In this document: positions 9,589 through 21,500 of the stretch, piece after piece
How positions within the stretch are numbered: position 1 is the first letter of the stretch
How the letters are laid out: the number at the start of each line of letters is the position of its first letter
Virus record (IMG/VR): IMGVR_UViG_3300032283_000554
Coordinates: 1 to 64,000 of that record
DNA length: 64,000 nt
Source of the DNA: a virus
Taxonomy: Duplodnaviria > Caudoviricetes
Direction: 5' to 3' (one strand)
The notes under the pieces: model-generated
Database searches by the model: none
Told to the model about the DNA's origin: nothing
What the model saw: the letters and a program-made list of their open reading frames with translations, nothing else
Made by a program: the position numbers and the translations under genes

Positions 9589-12500
9589 TGGTTGCCTACT
9601 CTTCTATTTACTCCCGCTGCCATTTCTTTTAATCTCATTTCTTTGTGTATTTGAGTTGCAACATCTTGTGCTGTTACATTAGTTCCATTTAATTCTACAT
9701 TAATATTATACACTGAACCAGATACAGCCGCTGATGCATTTGGATTAAATGGGTTCATGTTGGCTGGAACAACTGCTTCATTTTTATGAAGCATTGCCAG
9801 CATATTTGCAGGAACCATATTGATACCATTTTCAAACATTGGAACACCTAGGTTAGTTAACGCAGAGTTTGAAAAGTTTTGAGCAAGTCCGCCATTTGCA
9901 AATTTAGGTATAGCAATTGGAGCTGTTTTATAGCTCTTTGATTTTGGCTCAACCATTGTTATCGGAGGCTCACCTGTTAAATGTTTTCTTACAAGATTTA
10001 CTATTTCTTGAATCCTTAGCATATTTTCTAGCTGATGGTAATTGCTACCATCAATAGAATTTAGCCACTCTGGATTAATTGTTCTTTTGTTTCCGTCTGT
10101 AAGTATTGCGTAGTTGGATTTAGCTCGAAGAAATTTTAGTATGCTTTCTTCTGTCCACTCTTCATTATGAGCAAACGGTGTCTTTGCTTTACCAGAATTT
10201 AAAAGTTTTGCTAAATCTGCTGCGTTATCTGGTGACACTCCAAAAGAAGCGCCAGACTCTGTAGCTTCCGCACCTACTGTCCATCCTTTAGTAGGTTGGT
10301 AAAATCTTCCTGCAAATAAATATCTACCTCGCTCAGAGCTGATGTCATCTGTAAAATGTCTTTTTTCCATTTTTGCAACGTGCTTGCTTTTTGCCAAAGC
10401 TAGCCATTCGGGAACAATAATTGCAAATTCGTCACTAAATCCTCCACCAGCAAATGCTGGAGTTGGAAACTCCGATGCCTCTAGGTCTATAGTAAACTTT
10501 CCTTTAGTAGGTTTTTTTCGATCTTTGTATGGGCTGGTTTCTCCATAAAGATTTCTGGAGCCAGGGTTCTTTGCATAATCAAATCCCTCGTCTAAGCTAT
10601 AGTATCCTCCTGCTTTTGGATTTCCAAATTCATCAAACAGTGTTGATCCGTGAACATCGTATTTAGTAAATCTAAACTTTGTGCCTTTTGGCATTCTTAA
10701 AATTTGTTCTACGTATGATTCGTTTAATTTTTGAATAAAAGTAGATGGCCTAGTAATGTTTGGGTCTTTTGTTCCCGTTAAGTGTTTGGCAGAAGTTGAA
10801 ACATCTGGCAATTGAGATGAAACTTCTAATAAAAATTCATCTAAGGTAAATGCTCGACCACGAGTTGTATCCTTGTCGCCAACATACGGACGCGGAGCTA
10901 AATCTTTATCTTCAGTTCTTCTTCCATTTTTATTAACTGTTGCTCTTCTAATATATCCTTGTTTAATTAAATCTTCGTAAACAATTCCGTACTGTTGTCT
11001 TAGCGCTGCCCCAAGGTCTCCATCAAGCATCAAAGAACCTCTGTCACCAGCTCCTCCTCTTATTACGCTGGTATTTGAGCCAAAAGCTGTGGACCATCTA
11101 GGATCAGCTTCGGGCTTGCCAATATTATATTTGTATCTGCCATCTGGTAAACTTACATCCTGTAAAGATTCTTTCAATGCAAGAGCTTCGTCGTATTCAA
11201 GAAATTCTGATTTATAGTTTTCTGGAGATCTTAGCCCAACAGAATTTAATCTGCTATCTTTATAAGCATTCCAACTTCCCCATTGCTTAACAAGATCTTC
11301 ATTTTTGTAAAACCAATTATACCCTTCGTCCATTTGGTCTTTTGTAATTTTTGGAAAAGGCTTTCCAAATTGGAATTTTACTCCAGCTAGTTCTGCTATT
11401 ACTTTCTTTTGTCTATAGGATAATTTTTCTATACTTTTTGGAGTATAAAAAGTATCCCAGTGTTTAGGAGATTGATTAGAATACTTATCTGCTGATTTTT
11501 TAACTGCTGGGCTCCATGGCCAATTTAAAATATTATCTGTTTCAGGACTAAACTCTTCTTGAAATAAAAACCTTGGGTTATCCACTGTTGCTACAGTTCC
11601 CTTGCCAATTAATCTTGGAGCAAGATCTCCTCTATTTGCAGCTATTTGTCTAGCAAGGTCTATCTGATTTAAAATTGCATCTCTAGAAGCCGTAGTAGGA
11701 GTATTCATTGCAAAATTAGATTGCTGTACGCTCTGGTAAGCCTGCTCGGCATTTAATCCTATCTTTTGAGATTGAACTACTTTTTGCTCTGTAGCATATT
11801 TTTTGTTAAAGAAAGGAACCATATCGTTTACAAAAGGTTTTGATGCGCCTATTGTGGCAGCAACTCCTAAGTTTGTTGCAGCACCTAATCCTGTTTTTGC
11901 AGCATAAGTCAAAGATCCCGTTGGCAAAAGTGTTTCTAGCGCTGGTATACCTCTTGATACTCCATATGCCCCAACTAAACCTCTTGCCGTTGCACTTCCT
12001 AATGCCCCGCCAACAAATAGGGATCCTACGTTTAATCCACTCAGACCAGTTTTCATTGCAAATGCTTTATTTGCTTCTGAATTCATTCCTGCTGCTCGCA
12101 TTGCTGCGATGGCATCATATGTATCTTGATTATTTTTGCTAATAAACTTACGTTCAGGAGGTAAGTTTCCAGTGAGTTTATTATTCACAAAGTTATACGG
12201 TGCAAGCATATATTGAGAGTTTAAATAAGCAAGCCATTCAGCAGATCTTCCAGTTTCTTTAACTGCTTCTACTGCAAAATTGCCTACTTTTTTATACCAA
12301 GGATTGCCCTTTGGGGTAGGCTCTCCATATTTATGCTTATGACCTACTGGACCACCTTCGTGGAACATTAGTGGACTCTTATCTCCGCTAGCCAATCCAG
12401 GTGCCGTCTTGAATGCAAGTGATGAAAGCGGATTTGCCCCATCGATAGCATCTAAAGTTAGTTGGTATTCAGAAGCTTTTGCTCTTGCTGCTTTACGTGC

Positions 12501-15500
12501 TGCATATGCTAATCGAGATTGAGCATTAGCAGCTTTTGCTAATGCTCTTTTTTCGTTGTAAGAACGAGTAATCTCTACTTGGTTTCCATCTGCATCTATC
12601 TTAAAGAACCCTGTACCAACTTGCTCGTCACGTCCAGGGACACTTTTTACCTGAGTAAAATCAAACTGTCCACCGTTAGGCCCTGTAATTATTTTTCCAA
12701 TATTAGGATTACTGTGCAAATGACCAACAGGTCCTCCCTCGTGGAATCCTTTAACATTCCACAGTTTGCGTATATTATTAACCAATGGGTTAACTGGGGT
12801 GCTGCCTAATTGAATTCTGTTTGCGACGTCACCCCAGTTGAGACCTGTTGATTCCTGTGCGGTGGTTGTCAGCTTGCTTCCACCTTTTCCAAGCATGTCT
12901 CCAACTTGTTTATACCAATCTTCATTCATAGATATTTTTGGTATATCTTCATCCCAGCCTTTTATTGGTTTGGCAGCAAGTCTACTTTCAATTGTCTTTA
13001 TAACATTATCCATATACTGTTTATAAATGCCCAAGGTCCCACTTGTTTCAGACTTCTCATATCCAGATGCACGTAGCATGTCTGTAAGCTCAGCATCCTT
13101 TATGCCAGATAGATTTTCTGATGCTTTTCTTAATCCTTCTAGATATGCAGCTCTTTCAGATTCTGGTAGCTGAACATATTTTCTATAATATTTATTTTCT
13201 AAACTCTTTAAAGCATTATTCCCACCAAAATTAGCTATAGAGTGTATAGAGTTTCCAGTTCTTCCAAAATCAATTGCACCAGCATTTTTCTCGATTGGAT
13301 TTAAAAATAAGTTACCTCCATGATTATCTGCATAACCCATAGCATCTAATATTGCATCTCTATAAGATCTTTGAGATGTCATTCCTAAAGCAGCATATAT
13401 TCTTGCAGGCAGTGCAAATTTTCTGTCATCCATTGCTTTAGAAGGAGCTAAGTTAAATGCTTCAAACACAGACTTTTCACTAAATGAGCCTGGAGACATT
13501 TCATCTAATGATCTGCTGAAAACTCCAAAATTATATGGGTACTTTTTGTCAGTTTTAACAGCAGTATTTTCTGGAGCAAGTATGTTGGCTCGTTGTGCAA
13601 AAAGTGAGCCGAAGACTTCTCTTTGTACTTCTTCTGGAGTCATTTCCAAACGAGTTTTAAAATATCCAGATTTGCCACTTGATAAAATTGTTGCCTTCTC
13701 CACATTATTTAGTGAAGTACCGAGTGAACCAAAGGTCTGTAGGTCTGATTGATTTAGTATTTTTTCAAATTGCATTCCTTCATAAGGTGAAGATGCGCCA
13801 AGTCTTACCTTTATTACATCTAACATCTTTACTCTATTAGCACGGTCAAGCTGGTTATGCCATTTATCAATACCCTTTAATTCAGCCCTGGCTGCTTTTG
13901 CCTTAGCTTTAAATGCTTTCTGTTCAGCCCTGATGTCTGCTAGCTCTTTTACCATTTGTTGATTTAATGACAATGAACTTAATTCAGGAGTACCTTCAGG
14001 ACCCATTGCATGTACTGTAGTTTTTGGAATTGCTAATGATTTAGCACCAGAACTAACTTTTCCTAATCCACGAACTCCAAGCCCAACTCCTGGCAAAACA
14101 CCAAGAACATCTGCTAAAACACCCAATTTTTGATTTCCAAAAATTTCTGGGCTTGTGTTATTTTTTAAATTAAATGCTGAAGTGTATCCAGAAATAAGCT
14201 GAGCTGCTTGCAAAGTAGCTCTATCTTTTTCTTGCTGGGTCATAGTAGATTTAATATTAGTACTTGTATTAAAAGTTTGAGAGGCGCCGATATTAAACAT
14301 TCCGCTAATCATTGAAGAAAATGCGTTTGCTGGATTGAATTTACTAAAGAAGTTTCCATTTGTATCCTGATGAGGATGCTCTCCAGGCTTTACTAATCCA
14401 CCTTCATGGTATCTAACTAGACCGCCATTAGCAAAGGTTAGCCACGATCCTGCACCGTACACTCCATTGCCAATACCGCTCATTGAAGCTCCAGAGCCTG
14501 CGTAACGCATTGGATCCTTGTCAAGACCCATTCCTGGACCACGATACTTGCTTGGCTGCTCAGCTAGCTGATGGAAATAGTCTGAGAACTGACCAACCTT
14601 TCCTTTAAATGGAAGACCTGGAATTTCAACTCCGCCCCATGGATCTTTACCATCATTATTAAATAAAGGCTTTCCATTGCGATCAAACCCTAGTGGTGAG
14701 CCTTGATATAATCTTTCTAATTCTCCCCAATATCTTCCGTAAGGACTTCCAGTAGGCTGGTTCTTAGAGTTGTATGCAGACTTTGGCTTTTTCCACCAAG
14801 GTAGTACTGGCCCGCCTTCTGCATATCTACCCTCATTCATTGCATCGAGGTGTGCTACGCCATACTTCTTTACAGAAGATGCTTTAATTACATACTCTCC
14901 ATCTGAAAGCATTGCTGGAATGGAGTCTGATGTTCCAGTTCCTGGACCTCTAACTTTACCTCCGCTGGCAAAGCCTAGATCTTTTTGGAACTGAATACTT
15001 CCATCATTTAAAACTAAGAACTGCTTTTTATTTCCATTAGCTTCTTCTAAATAAAATTGCTGTCCTGGTTTGAAACCCTTTTTTGCTGCAAACTTCTTTA
15101 CCGCGCTTCTATCATTCAGTAATGGAGTGTTCCAACTAATATATTGTCTACCTACTGCGTCTTTTACGGTTCCAGCATTTATTGGCTTTGAATAAGTTCC
15201 GCCACCAGTAAGTGCTGCAACTATTTCTTCTGTCATTCTCTTTATTGAGTACCCCTTGCCTCCAGTAATCTGATCAGCAAACTTTGTTACTGAGGCAACA
15301 TCTCTATCAAATATAGAAAGTGTGTCTTTATTTACAGATACTCTTGGAACTATGCCTGCAGTGCCAGCGTCTGGCAATCCAGCAGGTTTAGATTCTACAT
15401 ATACTTTCTTTACAGTTCCATCTTTATTAAAGTATTCAGCAAAGGCTGATCTTACGTCCTTTGCAGTTTGGTTATTTCCAGTTCCTGCCACACCAATTTG

Positions 15501-18500
15501 TTTAAGCAAATTATCAAGTCTGACAACAAGTTGTGCTTCTGAATCTCTCTTTGCTTTGCTATTTGGCAACATATTATTTGTTATTCTTAGCGTAGTTATC
15601 TCATCATAAGTATCTTTAAATCCTTGAATTAGATCTACAATTTTAGTTGCGCTTGCTGCGCTATCTTGCGCTCCCTCGAACTTTTCGGCTGCTGCATCGG
15701 CTTTGGCCTGCTTTGCATCTATCTTTTTTTGCTCAATAGCCTTTAGTCTATCTGCTTCGTCCTCTATTGCTTTTTGAGTTAGGGCAAGCTGTCTATTACT
15801 AGTAAGTTGATCTATTTCTATTCTTGCTCTAGCTGCGCCAGCCTGATCTCCACGAGATATAGCGTCTGCATATTCTATTTGAAGCTTTTGTAATTCTAAC
15901 GCATAGTTTGATGCATCTTGAGTTGCTCTTAAAGACTCTAATTTTTTATTTTTTTCATCTTCAATAAGACTAATTTTTTTAGCAATTAATTTTAATTCTT
16001 CTTGAATACTTTTCTGTGTGGCAGCAGCAGCTTTTTGTGATGCGGCGGAGGTGGCTGCAATTGATTTTTGTAGCTTATTTAATATCTTTCCAACAGATCC
16101 ATATGTGCTTCCATCCCCAGCGGCTTTAGTTAAACCTTCAATTCCTTCGTCAATTGCTGCAGTAAATCCAGCTAGCTTTATAGCCAATTCACCATCAAGG
16201 TACTTTAAGTCTAAACCAATTCCAGAGGTAGATAGTTTTATTTTTGCTAAAATTGATTTTATTGAATCAAATTTATTTGTAATTTTTGCTAACTCTGGGC
16301 TCATCTCTTGTATTATTTTAAAAGCTTCATCTCCCAGGGCAACATTAAAATTAGGCATATCTTTTTCTAGATTTTCTAAAGATATTTGATATGCCTCATA
16401 CTCATCAATGACTTCACCAGTAGAATTCTTTGTTCCAATAAGTGCTTTAGTGCTAGAGTCAAATGTACTTATAACACTTTCAAGACCAGATATAACACCC
16501 TTTTTGTATGCATTAGTATCTGCAAAAGCATTTCTATATCTATTAATTATGCCAAGTGTTGTCAGATCTACGGCTTTCTCAAATAGGGTATTTTGTTCGT
16601 TCCATTCCTTAGTAAAGTAAACTGGCTGCTTGTAAAAATTATAATCAAAAGAGCCCTTTGACGCACCAGTTTTTGGATCACGCTTTAATGTTTCTAGTAA
16701 ATTTTTAACAGCAAACTCAGCTGCTGTGGCTTTATCTGTAATTGCACCAAATCCGCTATTGGCCAATAATTCATAAGATTTTGTGGCTTTCTCGCTATTA
16801 GCAATTGCTCCGTAAATCATTCTATTTGCTTGCTCTACACTCAAGCCTCCTGCAACAAATTGTGCTTTTTGATTGTTTACTAAAGTTTGAAGTTCTGAGG
16901 TAGTTGAAGTTCTATTAATTGATTCAATTAACTCTCCAAGGGCTTTGCCCTCCTCCTTTGCTTTCTTCATATCTTCTATTGATTGTGGTATACCAGGCAT
17001 TCCTATAGAGTTGTTTTTTCCTCCTTGTGCCGCTGCATTTGCCAGTTTTTGTTTTTCAATATATTCTGTAAGATGGCTATTAAGATTAAAGTATGATATT
17101 CCAGCTTGCTCAGCACCTTTTTTAGTAATACCCAAAGACATTGCGGCATCCTGTTGAGCATTATTATATGTCTTCCAAACATCAAGGCCAATTAAAACAA
17201 CTGATAAAGCTGCACCAGCGCCTTTAAGAATTTTAACATACTTAAATAATTGTGCTCCTACACTGGATATTGCTTCTTTAAAGTTTTTAGCAGCTTTAAT
17301 TGCAGCCATAGTATTTGTAGTGGCTGTTTTTATGCCGTGTCCCATTGTCTTCCATGGGAGCATAGGAATTATAGTTGATGCGGCCATAATACCTAATCCA
17401 GCATTCATTCCAGACATTTCCATACCAAGCATCTTAATTTTTTCCTGCTGCATCACGTACATTCCGCCCATGTTGCCAGCCATACCGATACCCATCTGGG
17501 CACCCATTCCCATTCCGCCTCTTACTTTGGTATCAAGCCCTGCTGCTTGTGCAGACTTTTTATCATGGATATATCCGTCGGCGTCCATGTACTCACGTTT
17601 TCTGTAGCCCAAGGTTCCAACTTTACGGCTCTTTGTTCCATCTTGCCCAGTTTCTTGCCAGTCTCCAACCATTCCAGGACCAGACATAGATACTGGCATA
17701 ATTTGGCCAGGTCCCATTAGATAGCTTGCACCTGGATATGCAGCCGACATACTTCTAGCCTGATTTCTTAATATACCGTCCTTAATATCTCTTGTATTTG
17801 TTTTTACCCAATTAGAAAGGAATGAAGCATTGAGTCTTGCAGATGCTACTTGGGATTTTGCAAAATCTCTATATGCGCTATTAATGTGAGTTGCTGATGT
17901 TGCAATTCCATATCTTAATCCAACTGTTCCTAATTTAATTGAGTCAGTTAGTGACTTAAATGCTCTAGATACTGCTGCTGGAGGTTGACCAATTTGAGAA
18001 ACTTGCAAAGCAGCATTAATGTATTGTTGATATTGACCAGTTGCTACTGCGCCAAAAGCGTTACCACCAACTCCAGATCCTCCAACATAAGGAACTCGCA
18101 TAACCTGCATTTGAGGGTTTCCTGAAGATGTGTATCCAGATCCAGATGAAGTATTATAAGATGCAGTTCTTTCTGCTCTTAATCTATCCTCTTCAGCTCT
18201 TTTTGCTGGGTTTCCTGATCTCTGTGACCCTTTTCTATTCTTAGGGCCATATGCATATCTTCCTGATCTAACTGGGCCTCCGCCGATTGGGCCACCACTA
18301 TTTCTTTTAGCTGCAACATGAACTGCATGCAACGGACCAAAGTCAGTTGCATCATCCATTCCATTTTCAAATCTTTGTAGCAATTTGATATATGGAGCTC
18401 TGTCTTCTCTTGGCAACGTTGCAACAAACTTAACAAGTTTTGGATGCATTTTTTTCATTGCGGCTTTTATTTTTCTGTTATATTGCTTAGCTGTCATTCC

Positions 18501-21500
18501 TGCAGCAATTGGTGCTGTGTTTACTGCAAAGTCTTTTCTAGCTCCGCCCTTAACTCCAAGTAGGTTTATCATAGCTTGATCTATCATAGAAGGAAGAGAG
18601 TCTGCGTGTGCGGTATTACCTGAAGCTTTAGCAAATACACCTGCTGCTCCGACATCTGCCAAAACATTTCCATAAACATTGCTTGGAGATAAATCCTTAT
18701 TGTTCATAACTAAAGATGCAATTGTTTGTCTAATCATTTCATCTTCGTTAAAGACTGTTCCTCCATTAGTAAACCTTTTATCAAACGGTGACTCAACACC
18801 AAGCAACTTTGATTTGCCACTTGGGTCTAATGGATTTGATATTGTTTTAATTGTTTGCTCAGGAGCATCGAGTCCAAATACTTCTCTAGCCATTCTAGTT
18901 CCGTATACCTCAGCCTTAGCAGATATTTCATTTGGAACACCCTTAAAGAACTTAAGTCTACCATCGGAATCTTTGTATAATCCAGAAACACCAGGTATTG
19001 GATAACTCATTCCAGAGCTTGGTGAAACCATGTGTCCATATTTAACTGGAGGCAAATCTTTAAACGATCCAGTTGCTGTAGCCCTTGACATTTCACGAGC
19101 TTGCTCTAAAATATCAAGTTGCTTTCCTGGGGCTAATAATTTTAATAATGGGGATACGCTAGACCCTCTATCTCTGCCTGCCACTGCTTCTTTAATCCAC
19201 GGGTACTTAATCATATCGGCTTCACGCTTTTTAGCATATTGAGCTTGCTGAGCTAATCTAATAGCCTCTAGTCTTGCAGAAAGTGGAGGAACAACTCCAT
19301 ATGAAGATCTATCTGCAGATATAGATCCACCTGGAATCACACCGCCAGCATTAAATGCTCCTGATACAAGCATTGGTCTTGGAGGCCTTCCTGCAAATAT
19401 CCACTTTGATCTTTTTGCTGCTGCTTCTAAAAGCATGCGTAAAGAATTTCTTTGATCTTTATTTGCTCTTACTACATTTCCAGATGCAATCTGAGCCTTG
19501 CTTTTAAATAATCCATCATCTTGCAACGCTGTATATATGTCATCTACGCTTGCAAACCTATCTAGTCCTGTTTTCTTTAATGCTATAGCAAGGTTTTCTT
19601 TTGCATCTGCTGAACTTAAATTTAAAACATCTCTTGATAAACCTATTGTTTCAAGAGTGCTCATTACATGATTTATACCAGCAGGTAATACAGCACCAAC
19701 TCCTATGTAACCACTAGTTGTATATCCAACTAGATCTTTACGTCTAAAATGTGCTTTGTCGTGCAATCCATCAATAGATGGGGACTTATCAGATGCATTT
19801 AAAAATGTTGTTGGAGCAATTGCTGCTATAAGATCATGCACTCCAGCAAATTTTCTACTATTTAGCATTGCTGCTCTAACATCATTTAATTGATAATTTA
19901 AAGCTTTACTAGTACTTCTTGGGTATACTGTTTCTCCATGTGAATTTTTAACACCAGTTGCATCTTTAACACGTGGGACCATGCCATCTCTTTCTAGTCC
20001 CTGTACCTGCTTAATTCTTATCTTTACAAAACTTTCATCGCTTCCGCCAGATAGAGCTTTAGCTTTATCAAAATTGCTTGTTGCAATATTTATAGCTTTA
20101 TTAATTGGCAGCTTGTTATGGTAAGATAATTCTGCTGCGTCAAGCATGATCATTCTTACTCTTATGTCATCTTCGTATCTTGGGTTATTGATAAACTTTA
20201 GATATTCTCTATACTGTCTTTTAAAGTTTTCTTCTTTCATTCTAGCTTTAGCGGACTTAGACATTTCTTTTCCGTATGAATTGACGCCCCTCATTATCTG
20301 TCCGCCAAAACTATATCCGCTATTTGCTGCATCTACTGCTGCATACAGCTCAGGCATTTTTTGAATTTGGGGCCCAAAGACTACCTCCCGTGGAGTAAGT
20401 TCTGCAGTAATATTTCCGCCATCATTTAAGTAAGTACTTGGAGCCATTGCAACCAATGCAGCATTTGCTGGGTCCATAGAAGCGGCTTGATTAAGTACAT
20501 ATCCTCCTAAAGGTACGCTACCAAGCCTGTCATCATATCCTATAGATGATGGGCCAGAAACAACTGTTTTGTTTGCGCTAAATGACTCTACATCGCCACC
20601 AGTATTAAACTTAGGCATTCTTGTTGTCTGCATGCTATACGGAGCACCAAACGTTCTGATTCCACGCAGTCTACCAAACTCGGTCATTACAGCTGCGTTG
20701 TTTTTCTTCTTATAAAGATCTCTTAATGTAAATTGCCCATTTGCATCAACAACTGGTTGATCCATCATTGGGGCTCTTGTTAAATCAAGGCTTCTGCCGC
20801 GTCCTGCAGCGTACATACTTACAGCAGATCCCATGTCTGCTTCTATCTGTGCATTTAAAGCAATAATTCTTGCCTTTGCTTGATCAACTGTTATTTCTGC
20901 ACTTCTCATTTGCTGAACTATTAATCCAGACTGTGTAGCTGCACTATCTGCAAATCTTTGAGTTATAGGAAGAATGTCATCAAATGTATCAAGGAGTTCT
21001 CTACTGACTGTTCCGCCCATCATAATTGTTTTCTTTAATGCTGCAACTTCTTGCTCTGTTTGCATTCCAAGTGTTGCCATTAATGCATGGAACTTGGCTG
21101 CTTCTCCTGGAACAATTCCTGTAGATATTCCCTTTACGCTTGTTAGACCTTCAATGTTAGGTAGTCTATCGCTCATATACATTTGAGGAGTTCTTGATAT
21201 TCCTCTATTTACTGGTATTGCTCCTGGTACCCCGCCAAATATTGTTGCTGGCTTATTTGGGTCTCTAGGATTAATATGAGACATTGCTCTTGTGTTAGGA
21301 TCTCCTACATAAGGATCGTTAGGGTCAACAACTCTTCTTCCTCCGACCATTACAGGATTACCAGCAACGGTATTTACCACTCCATTAACTGGAACTGCAC
21401 CCTTCATTGATGCTGCTTGAAGATTTTGATAATCTAAAACAAGTTTTTGAAGTGCATTGTGAAGAACTTGAGCCGCAGCTGCATCAGAATAAAATGCATT

